A DNA stretch of 64,000 nucleotides from Blastocatellia bacterium (GTDB taxonomy: Bacteria > Acidobacteriota > Blastocatellia > RBC074), in assembly GCA_016789725.1 (NCBI GenBank), contig JAEUQN010000004.1:99-64098 (forward strand). The letters are read 5' to 3'. This document shows positions 18,516 through 29,835 of the stretch, piece after piece. The position numbers and the translations under genes are program-made. Under the pieces are notes generated by a model, which ran no database searches, was not told where the DNA came from, and was given only the letters and a program-made list of their open reading frames with translations. The stretch's first letter is position 1; every line of letters starts with the position of its first letter.

Positions 18516-19916
18516 TTATTTCAATTTCAGTTGCACAGGGTCCCAACGAATGATTTTTTTCTTGAAATAGCTTTCGTTGCAGGCCAATGCGGGGGCAGCC
18601 GCTCTGAATCCAAATTCAGCATCTTCGACAACAGGTTTGCCCGTTCGGATAGCATCAAAGAAATTCGTGAAATGGTCTAAATGGTCGCTATAGCCAGCGG
18701 GAGGTCTGAACGTAATATCCGCTTTGGTTTTTCGGTTTTGTTGTTCGGGTGTCCACTTCGCGTCGTATTCTTTTTGCATCTCCTCCTGCATCTTTTTCGA
18801 GAACGTGAAAAGCGAATCGTAGCCACCCATCCCCGGTGCTTCTGGCAGGAGGCTATGTTTGACGGTGATGCTATTTCCTCTGACGACGATAATGCCTTCT
18901 GACCCGACTAACTGAATGATTTCTTGTCCGCCCGTACCGCTAATAAAATTCACTTGTAAGGTCATTTGGAAAGCCGCGTGTTCTTTGCTGTCGGGATATT
19001 GCAGCACGCCTGACATTACATCAGGCATATTGCGCCCGTCTTTCCAATAGCTGAACTGACCTGTGCTGTAAATGGATTCCGGGCCTTTTGAACCTGTAAT
19101 CAAGTGCGAACCGCTCAACAAATGAATGAATAAATCACCCGCTACGCCGGTTCCGACTTCTTTGAACGCGCGCCACCAAAAGAATTTTTTGGAGTCATAC
19201 GCCATCTTCTCCGTCGCTTCAATAAACTTATCCCAATTGGTCGTCGAGGCATCGGCGTCTTTGGGAATCGTGTATTCCCACGCCCCGATAGAGCTTTGTC
19301 TATCATAGACAGCATTGACCATATTGAGTTTGCCGATTTCACCCGCCGCCAACAATTCTTTGGCTTTGAGATAACCAAGACTACTTACCCGTTGGCTGCC
19401 GACTTGGAACACTTTCCCTGATTTTTTCGCGGCTGCCATGACGGGATAGCCTTCGGCGATTTTGTACACCATCGGCTTTTCGCAATACACATGCTTGCCC
19501 TTCGCCAAGGCGTCCAAAGTGATACGCGAATGCCAAACGTCGTGGGTACAAATCAACACGGCATCAACATCTTTCCGATCTAAAAGCTCTTTGTAATTGC
19601 GCGTCGTGTAAAGGTCGTTGCCGAATCTTTCTTTCGCATTTTCAAGCCTGCCCGTATACAAATCACAAATCCCTGCCAATTCAACGCCCGGCACTTTCAG
19701 CGCAGTATCAAGGTCCATGTGTCCTTGCACACCATAACCAATCACGCCTAACCGGATTTTGTCGTTGGGCGAGATTTTTTGTTCATAGTGCAAAATGCGT
19801 TCTTCCGCTTTTTCTCGCGCGGCAAGTGAAGCAAATGGTGTTGCGGCGGTCGCCACACTGGTTGCAGCTATTGTTTGTAAAAACTTTCTTCTTGATGCGG
19901 GATTATCGTTTTTCAT
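18516..19916 (-). CDS. Tat-leader Gfo/Idh/MocA family oxidoreductase
   Basis: Leader SRRKFLQTIAATSVATAATPFASLAA; Rossmann motif IRLGVIGYGVQG; EKPM motif (VYCEKPM). Confidence 0.9.
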   Translation of the reverse strand: MKNDNPASRRKFLQTIAATSVATAATPFASLAAREKAEERILHYEQKISPNDKIRLGVIGYGVQGHMDLDTALKVPGVELAGICDLYTGRLENAKERFGNDLYTTRNYKELLDRKDVDAVLICTHDVWHSRITLDALAKGKHVYCEKPMVYKIAEGYPVMAAAKKSGKVFQVGSQRVSSLGYLKAKELLAAGEIGKLNMVNAVYDRQSSIGAWEYTIPKDADASTTNWDKFIEATEKMAYDSKKFFWWRAFKEVGTGVAGDLFIHLLSGSHLITGSKGPESIYSTGQFSYWKDGRNMPDVMSGVLQYPDSKEHAAFQMTLQVNFISGTGGQEIIQLVGSEGIIVVRGNSITVKHSLLPEAPGMGGYDSLFTFSKKMQEEMQKEYDAKWTPEQQNRKTKADITFRPPAGYSDHLDHFTNFFDAIRTGKPVVEDAEFGFRAAAPALACNESYFKKKIIRWDPVQLKLK

Positions 19917-20111
19917 ACGTTTTTTTAGTTATCTGATTGATCGTTAAAGTAATTGTGTATTTGATGCTTTGAAAGCAGCTTCTCTCTTTTGGCTTTATCA
20001 GAATGCAGATCGGACGACTATTTTACAAGGGAATCTTGGCGAGACTCGAAGGTTTCCATCAGTCTCATTTCAGGCCTACTCATCTTGGCGTAGGAGGGAT
20101 CGTTAACGCGC

Positions 20112-20149
20112 AAAAAAAACAGCCGCCTTTATTCAAAGTAGGCGGCTGT
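20112..20149 (-). terminator. Rho-independent terminator of the VHL-like/CAP gene
   Basis: Stem acagccgcc / ggcggctgt, followed on the minus strand by T8 (plus-strand a-run 20112-20119). Confidence 0.75.
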
Positions 20150-20187
20150 TTTCATTCAGGCTAAGTCGAGGTGATTTGTCGTTGTTG

Positions 20188-21642
20188 TTACGGTGCGGCA
20201 GTGCCTCCGATCATGCAAAAGTACCATTTGCCATCACGACCTTTGGCGGCTCCAAGCCCGACCGTACGAACGTCAGCGCCGATGCTAAACCAGGGGCGAT
20301 AGTGCGTCTCGCTTTTCATCCAATTTTCAGGAAAGTCGAACGCCGCAGCGGGACCGCCAGCGCCTTCGCCAGCCGTTCCTATGTTGGGGGCGAAGTGTTT
20401 CAGGCGGAGGTCAAAGGTGCTTAGGTTTACCCCGTTGTAGTTGCGCGGGCCGTCATGGGTTGATCTGCCGATGGTCGCCTGATATTCGGCCTGAAACTGG
20501 CACGCTTCGTTGAGTTTCGGATCAAGGGTTAGCTCCTTGAAATAGGGCGCTGACGGATTGCTCTTGAAGACCTTTTCGCGCCCTCTATCGGTCACCGCAT
20601 CGCTGCCTCCAAAATTGGAAGCGTACCGATTCCCTTTACGATAGTCGGGATTGTTTCGTCCCAGGTTGCCGAGCTTCAACATACCGTTGCGGAAAGCGGC
20701 AAGATCAACCGGCACTTGCATGTCAGGGAAGTACGAACCCGCGCGCGTCTTTTCGGCAAGCTTGAGCTGGTTGGCCTTCACTTGATCCACCAGCGGCACG
20801 GCCTCGCTGAACTTCAGATTAGGCGGTTGAGATCCCTCAGCGCGCAGCACCAGCAAATCTACTTCACGCCACGGCGTGCTGGGGTTGGGGAGGGCGGCAG
20901 AATCCAGCGCAGCAATGACAGTGCGGTCATCTTTGAGCTTGGAATTATCCTTCCACAGATTGCTGCGCCAACGTTCGCGCTTGTCATCAATTCGTATCTG
21001 GCCGGTACGTGCCGGGGAAGAGCCGTTCGTGTCCCAGGTAAAGCCCTGTTGCACGAAGGTATAAGGCTTCCCGTTAATGGTCTTCGCCACCGTTTGCCCG
21101 CCGCCGCGCTCCGTTTGCTGAAGTACCCAGGACACCATGTAATCAGGCACTCTGACGTTATAAGTGTAGTTTGTGACCGTCGGCGTTCTTTGGACGGTGG
21201 GCAGCCAGTAAGTCGGTCCAGTTGCTGGCTGATTGCCAACAGTATTGGGCTGTGGCTTAGCAGCAGGCCCCTTGGCGGTTGCATTATTTGGCGTAGCAGA
21301 CCCAATAATAATCTGCGCTGGATTAGACGGGTTGGCGACGATTTCCTTGAGAAGATTGTTCGTGCCGACTTCACGAACGCGGAAAACGTGGCCGTTGTAG
21401 CCGAAGATATCAGTGGTACCGCCTGCGGCAATCTGCCGATTTGAACTTCCTTCCTTGCATTTGTGATCAACGAAATTGACGACGAAAGGCTTGCTCGTGT
21501 TATTGACGACCTTAAAATCTACCTTTTTTCCGTCCACTTCTTTTGAGCAGGCATTCTGCGCCGCAATGCTGTTGGCGGCGACCATCAGTAGCCCTAACAG
21601 CGTGATTACTGGTGCCAGTTTTCTCATCGGTTGTTTCCTCAT
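20188..21642 (-). CDS. secreted protein: VHL-beta-like N-terminal module + C-terminal CAP/SCP/PR1-like domain
   Basis: Signal peptide. The N-terminal module VVNNTSKPFVVNFVD...FGYNGHVFRVREVGTNNLL is paralogous to the next gene. The C-terminus (LNEACQFQAEYQA...STHDG...ENWMKSETHYRPWF...VGLGAA...GKWYFCMIGG) fits the CAP domain pattern. Confidence 0.75.
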   Translation of the reverse strand: MRKQPMRKLAPVITLLGLLMVAANSIAAQNACSKEVDGKKVDFKVVNNTSKPFVVNFVDHKCKEGSSNRQIAAGGTTDIFGYNGHVFRVREVGTNNLLKEIVANPSNPAQIIIGSATPNNATAKGPAAKPQPNTVGNQPATGPTYWLPTVQRTPTVTNYTYNVRVPDYMVSWVLQQTERGGGQTVAKTINGKPYTFVQQGFTWDTNGSSPARTGQIRIDDKRERWRSNLWKDNSKLKDDRTVIAALDSAALPNPSTPWREVDLLVLRAEGSQPPNLKFSEAVPLVDQVKANQLKLAEKTRAGSYFPDMQVPVDLAAFRNGMLKLGNLGRNNPDYRKGNRYASNFGGSDAVTDRGREKVFKSNPSAPYFKELTLDPKLNEACQFQAEYQATIGRSTHDGPRNYNGVNLSTFDLRLKHFAPNIGTAGEGAGGPAAAFDFPENWMKSETHYRPWFSIGADVRTVGLGAAKGRDGKWYFCMIGGTAAP

Positions 21643-21690
21643 AAAAATTTCTCTTTGTGATGTTCCCTAACGGTCACGTTCACCCGACCG

Positions 21691-21730
21691 GCCAAAGCCA
21701 TCAGGGAAAAGTGAACCCTGATGGCTTTGC
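21691..21730 (-). terminator. terminator-like hairpin after the VHL-like/lectin/protease gene
   Basis: 14-bp stem caaagccatcaggg / ccctgatggctttg, with no T-run. Confidence 0.4.
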
Positions 21731-21823
21731 CTGTAGATGGACAATCAGCGACTGCCGCACGGGTGAAGCGTCAAGTGCGGTTGATAAGTTTGCCGGTTCC
21801 CGGTTGTGAGATTACGTCCGCTG

Positions 21824-23224
21824 TTACGGCTTGAGGCCTTCGCACGAGAATGTTGCGCGAGACGAAAAAATCTCTTTCATCAAGGCTTCCTGATTCGCGG
21901 GCAAGGCCCCGCCGGGAGAACCAAACCACCGTTGGATCGCCCAAGCGAAATCCTCCCCAGGCGCACCGCCGGGGAAAGTCGTCTGTATCCGCTGACCCAG
22001 TTTGTAGCGTTGGTCAATGGCGTGACCGAATTCATGGATGACCTGATCGTAGGTTCTCAGCGTGTAGTCGGCCTTGTCTGGATAATCTGCGTTGACAGTC
22101 CTGACGCCTGCCTTGCAGATCATCTGTTCTTCGATCCATAGGAGATTGTAATTGGCCCCCCCACGTACGAGGTTTCTACTATTGGAGCCTCTTCCATTCT
22201 CCCCGAACGTTTGCAGTTCCTTCATCTTATCTAGCTGGGTTCCAGGTTCTCCGTTGGTCACATAAACCAGGAAGCCGTTAAATGTGCCTCGCGGGTAGGC
22301 GGGCTTGAATCGCTTGGTGAGTTCAGTATAGACATTGGCTACGGCATTCATTGCCGAGTCACTGACTAATTTCGTTCCTCTGATCGTAATTTTGGGATCC
22401 GGAAGCTCGATGCACTTTGACCACACCGCGTCTGCCTGACACGGGGTTACATTCGCTTTTACAATCACACTAGTGACTGGGCTGATGTTTCCATCACTGG
22501 CCCATAGAATCTCGCCCGTGGCGGAAACCAACTGAAGCGCCCCGCCAAACGTGAGGTTCAGCGTGGCATTGGGTGCAGGCTTGCCCGTAGATGTCCAAAG
22601 CGCTTTTCCTTTAGCGTCATAGACTGCGAGCTTGCCGTCCGGGGTGACTTCGACGCGCGCTGACTGGGAGAAATTGTTTGTGACGGTATTCAGTCCCCAA
22701 ACAAATCCGTCACCTCTAGTAGTGGCGACCACCACATTGCCGTCGTCAGCGAAAACGAGAAAGTGATTGCCCGACGGCGAAGGATATTTCACACCTTTCT
22801 TTAGGGCTGACCCGGCTGCTATTGGAAACTTAGTTGCTACCGTAGGAGAGGATGCGGCACCTATATTGCCAGCCGGTGGTGCAGTGCTGGGAGGTGCATT
22901 GACAATCGTAACTGGTTTGGAAGGATTGGCGACAATTACCTGGAGCAGCTTATTCGTGCCGACTTCACGAACGCGAAAGGCGTGACCGTTGTATGAGATG
23001 CCTTCAAATGTCTCACCGGGGGCAACCTGTTGATCTGACTTTCCTTCTTGACAGTTGGGGTCAACCCAATTGACGGTGAAAGGCTTGTTTGTTTTATTGA
23101 CGATCTTAAGGTTTACTTCTTTGCCATCTATGTCTTTTGAGCAAACATTTTGTTGCGCCGCATTTGGGACACTGATGACAAAGGCAATCGCCACGATGGA
23201 AAGAACGAGAAAAATAGGTTTCAT
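21824..23224 (-). CDS. secreted protein: VHL-beta-like N-terminal module + bulb-type (beta-prism II) lectin-like repeats + HEXXH metalloprotease-like domain
   Basis: Start moved to ATG 23224 (MKPIFLVLSIVAIAFVISVPNAAQ). Module IVNKTNKPFTVNWVD...ISYNGHAFRVREVGTNKLL. Lectin-like units FADDGNVVV, PDGKLAVYDAKGKALWTS, GALQLVSATGEILWAS. Zinc motif HEFGHAI. Confidence 0.75.
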   Translation of the reverse strand: MKPIFLVLSIVAIAFVISVPNAAQQNVCSKDIDGKEVNLKIVNKTNKPFTVNWVDPNCQEGKSDQQVAPGETFEGISYNGHAFRVREVGTNKLLQVIVANPSKPVTIVNAPPSTAPPAGNIGAASSPTVATKFPIAAGSALKKGVKYPSPSGNHFLVFADDGNVVVATTRGDGFVWGLNTVTNNFSQSARVEVTPDGKLAVYDAKGKALWTSTGKPAPNATLNLTFGGALQLVSATGEILWASDGNISPVTSVIVKANVTPCQADAVWSKCIELPDPKITIRGTKLVSDSAMNAVANVYTELTKRFKPAYPRGTFNGFLVYVTNGEPGTQLDKMKELQTFGENGRGSNSRNLVRGGANYNLLWIEEQMICKAGVRTVNADYPDKADYTLRTYDQVIHEFGHAIDQRYKLGQRIQTTFPGGAPGEDFAWAIQRWFGSPGGALPANQEALMKEIFSSRATFSCEGLKP

Positions 23225-23456
23225 ATCTCTTAAGTCTCCTGGGAAATTTTGGTGTGGGGCAATCCCCGGTAATTTCTGACAACAATTCCTCACTAGAAAC
23301 GATGAGATTCGTTGCAATCATTTTGCCGGATTGCACAATGAAACGACTCATCGCCTAATCCAGAATTGATGGCATTTTGAAGGGGTCAAAATGTCTGTTT
23401 GATCTTTAGCAAACCGCCAGCGATGGCAACATTAGTTTTTTTACCCTTTTGAGTCT

Positions 23457-23577
23457 GGATTTTTTTCGGAGTTTTTTTGGATTTTATGTGTACCCGCAAC
23501 ACAACTTGATGACAAACAGATCGTCCGCTATAGTTTGGGCATCCCACGTTTGGATTTTTCGGATTTTTTTGGGAGTG
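23457..23577. promoter_or_regulatory. two clusters of phased GGA(T/G)TTTTT repeats in the divergent promoter region
   Basis: Units start at 23457, 23468 and 23479 (exactly 11 nt apart), and at 23552, 23561 and ~23572 (9-11 nt apart). Confidence 0.45.
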
Positions 23578-23610
23578 TGCCGGCATTTGAACCAATGCGG
23601 AGAATTCATC

Positions 23611-25044
23611 TTGAGTCATCACCTGCAAGAAACAAAAGGGATTTACCGCTTTAGCATATTTCGGCTGGACGTGACGGAGCGTTGTTTGTGGGCCGACAAG
23701 GAGCAGATTTCGCTCACGCCCAAACAATTCGATTTACTTGTTTATTTTGTCGAGAATGCCGGGTACGTGATGAAAAAGAGTCAACTGCTCGACGCGATTT
23801 GGGCAGATGCTTATGTTGAAGAAGCAACGCTGGCGCGCAATATTTCATGGCTTAGAAGCAAACTCGAAGAACACACGAATGGCGAGTCGCTGATTGAGAC
23901 CGTGCCGAAACGGGGCTATCGGTTTACGGCAGAAGTGGCGCGCGTTGCCGATAAGAACAATGACCCCGTCCGCGCTGAACAAACTGCGCAAACCTTTCCC
24001 GATCAGGAAACGATTGAATTGGCTGACAGCACAAGCGAAGAAAACGATGAGCAGGTGAATAGAAATGAAGAACGGGAGCAGCCATCGCGCATAACGCCAA
24101 ATGTTCCCTCGCGTCGTCATCCCTTATCCACTTTTGCAATTCTCTGCCTTATTGTGATCGTTTGCGTCGCGTTCGCAGGAAGCGGTTATATGCTTTCTCA
24201 AGACGCTCCTAAAGCTGACACGCAAACGCCCAAGACTGGCACGCCAACTTCTGCGGTACGGGTTAACGCCACGATTACGATTAAAAACATTGCGGTTGAT
24301 GCAACCCAACAAGCGACAGATGCCGGAATCAAAGTTCTGCCGGGAGACATCGTCATGGTCGGTGCTGAAGGGCTACATCAACCTGACACAGGACAAAACT
24401 GGACGCTTGAGGGTGATAAGGGGGCGAAAGTCTCCGGCAATCAGGCGTTCCAACAAGCCGATCCCTGGTCATTAGTCGGTTGGATTGGCACGACGGAAGC
24501 AGATCGAACAAACTATTTTCAGGTCAGTAAAACCAATCCGATCACGTCAAATAAAAGCGGGGTTCTCTATCTTGCCATCAATGACTGGCAGCAGGAATAT
24601 GCCAATAATCGCGGCGGACTGCTTGTCACGGTTACCTTAACTCGTACTTTTGATATTTCTGCTGAGACTGATGATGCGCAGGGGGCTTGGGGGAATGGAT
24701 TGGTAGAGCTTCACAAAGAAGATACGCTTGCCGTTACTGCCGCTGGAACGGTTTCTTATTGGCTTGGCGGAGAGCTTTATGACCCGAATGGGTCACACCA
24801 CAAACTTGATGGTCTGCTGGCACCAGCGATTAATACGCGTTCTTTGATTGGAAAAATTGGCAGTCGGAATCCGTTCAAACTGGGGATGAACTACCCGCCG
24901 CAAAGGGTAGGTGCGAACGGTTGCTTATTCATCAGTGTCAATGATCAAATCACTAGACGCGGTGCTTTCAAAAATAACAGCGGCAATATTTCCGTTGGTA
25001 TTGAGGTCGTGCGTTCCCCAGAAATATTTACAAATCCTATTTGA
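23611..25044 (+). CDS. ToxR/CadC-like membrane-anchored transcriptional regulator with two extracytoplasmic PA-IL (LecA)-like lectin domains
   Basis: OmpR/PhoB-type winged helix (YRFSIFRLD...LTPKQFDLLVYFVENAGYVMKKSQLLDAIW...ETVPKRGYRF), one TM helix (LSTFAILCLIVIVCVAFAGSGYML), then two LecA-like repeats (PGDIVMVGAEG..., LYLAINDWQQEYANNRGG; LFISVNDQITRRGAFKNNSGN). The start is uncertain: TTG 23611 (GGAG 9 nt upstream) or ATG 23509. Confidence 0.8.
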   Translation: MSHHLQETKGIYRFSIFRLDVTERCLWADKEQISLTPKQFDLLVYFVENAGYVMKKSQLLDAIWADAYVEEATLARNISWLRSKLEEHTNGESLIETVPKRGYRFTAEVARVADKNNDPVRAEQTAQTFPDQETIELADSTSEENDEQVNRNEEREQPSRITPNVPSRRHPLSTFAILCLIVIVCVAFAGSGYMLSQDAPKADTQTPKTGTPTSAVRVNATITIKNIAVDATQQATDAGIKVLPGDIVMVGAEGLHQPDTGQNWTLEGDKGAKVSGNQAFQQADPWSLVGWIGTTEADRTNYFQVSKTNPITSNKSGVLYLAINDWQQEYANNRGGLLVTVTLTRTFDISAETDDAQGAWGNGLVELHKEDTLAVTAAGTVSYWLGGELYDPNGSHHKLDGLLAPAINTRSLIGKIGSRNPFKLGMNYPPQRVGANGCLFISVNDQITRRGAFKNNSGNISVGIEVVRSPEIFTNPI

Positions 25045-25105
25045 CCCCCTCCAGCTAAACATCGAAGTGTTATAGCGGGAGAGGGTTCAATTCTCACCTC
25101 CACCT

Positions 25106-27349
<2,244 letters not shown>

Positions 27350-27358
27350 GGGGTCTCC

Positions 27359-27883
27359 TTACTTCTTATTCGGTAACAAGCTCGCGCCCACGCGTGACGC
27401 CTTCGTTGCAGGTTTCGCAGCCTTATTCGAAGCCGTCATCTCTGCCGCCTTGTGAATCGCGGCGCGGATGCGCAGATAGGTTCCGCAGCGGCACAGATTG
27501 CCGTTCATCGCGCTGTCAATTTGCGCATCGGTGGGCTTCGGTGTTTTCGCCAACAAGGCACACGCCGACATGATTTGCCCAGCCTGACAATAGCCACATT
27601 GCGGCACATCGAGTTCCTGCCACACCACTTGCACTGGGTGCGTGCCATCAGCCGAGAGTCCTTCAATTGTCGTCACAGCCTTGTTCGCTGCCGCCGACAT
27701 TGGCGTCGAGCACGAACGCATCGGCTGCCCGTTGATATGCACAGTACACGCACCGCACAAGCCCATACCGCAACCGAACTTCGTGCCTTTCAAATCAATC
27801 TCATCGCGCAAATACCACAGCAGCGGCATTTCGGGATCACCATCGAATTGTTGGTTATTTCCGTTTACTTTCAGTTTGATCAT
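27359..27883 (-). CDS. (2Fe-2S)-binding small subunit (IorA-like)
   Basis: [11 protein letters not shown] and [10 protein letters not shown]...CRCGTY cysteine clusters. Confidence 0.9.
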   Translation of the reverse strand: MIKLKVNGNNQQFDGDPEMPLLWYLRDEIDLKGTKFGCGMGLCGACTVHINGQPMRSCSTPMSAAANKAVTTIEGLSADGTHPVQVVWQELDVPQCGYCQAGQIMSACALLAKTPKPTDAQIDSAMNGNLCRCGTYLRIRAAIHKAAEMTASNKAAKPATKASRVGASLLPNKK

Positions 27884-27929
27884 AAGTTTCTCCTCTGAGT
27901 CGCCGTTGTTGTTTAAGGTATTGCTAAAG

Positions 27930-28445
27930 CTATTTCCAAAGGTCTTTGCCGTTTAGCCAATCACTTAGCCAATCCTCAATTGAGGGCTTGTGAAATTTGA
28001 TGATGCTTTCCATCGGTTCGCCCGGCTCTTTGTCGGAAACGCTAACCCAATAGACCGGAGATGTTTCTTGGCTACAATCAATTGCCGAATAGATAACGCA
28101 TCCCCAATGACAGATTGGAAGAAATTTTTCCGGCCATTGCCATGTGAGGTCTTCGGGATCAAGTTGCCGATATACTTCAAATAAATCCGCGACTGTATGC
28201 CCTAAGTCGTCAGTGAAACCTCGCTCGACCCCCATCACACCATAGCCTGGGCCAAAACCCCCATTGGCAACATTCAAATAAATCTGTCTGAGCGTAGCGG
28301 GAATGCTAAAGTTCAATCGTTGTTCTGTCGTCGTAATATCTTTTTGACTAGCAGGAGAGAAAGCACGGAATGCGTTACCGACAACATCCGTGCTTTCTTT
28401 ATTCCAGCGGAGGCGACTTGCTAACCGTTTGACTACATCATCCAT
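27930..28445 (-). CDS. SMI1/KNR4 (SUKH-1) family protein
   Basis: 171 aa; [33 protein letters not shown] and [11 protein letters not shown] fit the SUKH immunity-protein superfamily. GC is lower than the neighbours by eye. Confidence 0.75.
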   Translation of the reverse strand: MDDVVKRLASRLRWNKESTDVVGNAFRAFSPASQKDITTTEQRLNFSIPATLRQIYLNVANGGFGPGYGVMGVERGFTDDLGHTVADLFEVYRQLDPEDLTWQWPEKFLPICHWGCVIYSAIDCSQETSPVYWVSVSDKEPGEPMESIIKFHKPSIEDWLSDWLNGKDLWK

Positions 28446-28490
28446 CTTGTCTTTCCTTACACTTGAGTCTTACACTCTCCTGATGAAAAG

Positions 28491-29804
28491 CTACTTTTTC
28501 TTCACGTCGTAGCAGAGCAGCAAATCCTGATCGCGGATATAGAGTTTGCCATTGGCAATGACCGGATGTGGCCACGCTTGCTCGCGGGTGCGTTCCGGCT
28601 GCTCGAAGCGGCCACGTTCAATAAACTTCTCGCGGTTGGGTTCGATCAGGATCATCGTGCCCGACTCGGCGCGTAAATACAGCCGCCCATCCGCCATCGC
28701 CAGCGAGCCTTTCGGAGCCTGACGTTCACGCCACAACACCTGACCCGTTTTGAAATCCATACAAACCAGAAAGCCGCCTTCGTTGCCGCCTGCCGCGCCG
28801 TACAAGGCACCGTCCACAACAATCATTCCGCCGTGATGGTTGCGCATGTGGTTGGTGAAATAGACTTCGGTGGCCTTGATTTTGCCGTCGGCATCTTTGC
28901 TCAATTTGACCGCGCCGCCGCCGCCATCATACGCCGAAGAGCCGAACACCAGACCGTCCTGATAGATCGGCGTGGAGCAGGTAATCTGCGCGGCAACGGG
29001 ATCGTATTGCCACAGGACTTTTCCGTCGGTGGCCGAAAAACCGCCGAGCGTTTTCGCGGTGAATTGCACGTACTGACGCTGTCCCTCGAAATCTATCGCA
29101 ATGATCGAAGCATAGCTCGCGCCCGCTTCTGGGCCGCGACCAGCGCCACCACGACCGCGACCGCCCTGCTCACTGCCTGATGTTTTACGGGTAGGGACTT
29201 CGCTGCGCCAAATGACCTTGCCGGTCATTTTGTTCAGCGCCATCAGCGCCGCGTTTGGAGCGCCCGGTGAGCAGATCAGTTTGTCGTCATCTATCAGAAC
29301 CGACTCGGCATAGCCCCACGTCGGCACCGCCGCGCCGTGATCTTTCACGAAATCGGTACGCCAAAGCTCTTTGCCTTCGGTCGTGAAACAAACCAGTTCC
29401 CCGAACTGCGTCATCAGATAAAGTCGGTTGCCATCCACCGTCGGCGTCCCGCGTGGCCCCGGTGGTGTCACAAAATTTCCGACTTCGCCACCGCGTCCCA
29501 ATTTGGCTTTCCAGATGAGTTCGCCAGTTGCCTCTTTCAGCGCGAAAACCCAAGACGCATCGCCAACATCGCCTGAAGTGTAAATCCGGCCTTTGCTGAT
29601 GGCGACGCCACCCATCCCGCTGCCGATGCCCTTGGCCTTCCACGCCAGCGGCGGCCCTTTTTCAGGCCAGGTTTGGAGCAATCCGCCCTCTTTGGAGATG
29701 GCATTGCGATCTGGCCCCTGCCATTGCGGCCAATCGAAAGTTCCTTGCGCAAAGGCTGATGTGCGGAGAAAAGCCAGCACCAGAAAAAATGCAAAATGTT
29801 TCAT
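28491..29804 (-). CDS. secreted PQQ-like (BamB-type) beta-propeller repeat protein
   Basis: Signal peptide. Repeated G.hy..s.dG.l.ald..tG..lW units. Confidence 0.85.
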   Translation of the reverse strand: MKHFAFFLVLAFLRTSAFAQGTFDWPQWQGPDRNAISKEGGLLQTWPEKGPPLAWKAKGIGSGMGGVAISKGRIYTSGDVGDASWVFALKEATGELIWKAKLGRGGEVGNFVTPPGPRGTPTVDGNRLYLMTQFGELVCFTTEGKELWRTDFVKDHGAAVPTWGYAESVLIDDDKLICSPGAPNAALMALNKMTGKVIWRSEVPTRKTSGSEQGGRGRGGAGRGPEAGASYASIIAIDFEGQRQYVQFTAKTLGGFSATDGKVLWQYDPVAAQITCSTPIYQDGLVFGSSAYDGGGGAVKLSKDADGKIKATEVYFTNHMRNHHGGMIVVDGALYGAAGGNEGGFLVCMDFKTGQVLWRERQAPKGSLAMADGRLYLRAESGTMILIEPNREKFIERGRFEQPERTREQAWPHPVIANGKLYIRDQDLLLCYDVKKK

Positions 29805-29835
29805 GAAGATAATCTCCTGTTTTATAGACCTGACT

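Noticed and set aside
20716-21470. 242-aa (plus) and 203-aa (minus, other frame) ORFs inside the VHL-like/CAP gene
   Set aside because: These are off-frame or antisense shadows. The annotated frame carries the signal peptide, the paralogous module and the CAP motifs.
23386-23727. 113-aa minus-strand ORF in the divergent promoter region
   Set aside because: The translation is dominated by Lys/Pro/Gln runs produced by the T-tract repeats, and it overlaps the 5' end of the regulator gene.
29100-29180. Gly/Arg-rich insertion ([11 protein letters not shown]) in the PQQ-propeller protein
   Set aside because: It is a short low-complexity loop within an otherwise ordinary beta-propeller, and there is no evidence from the sequence alone that it is functionally special.
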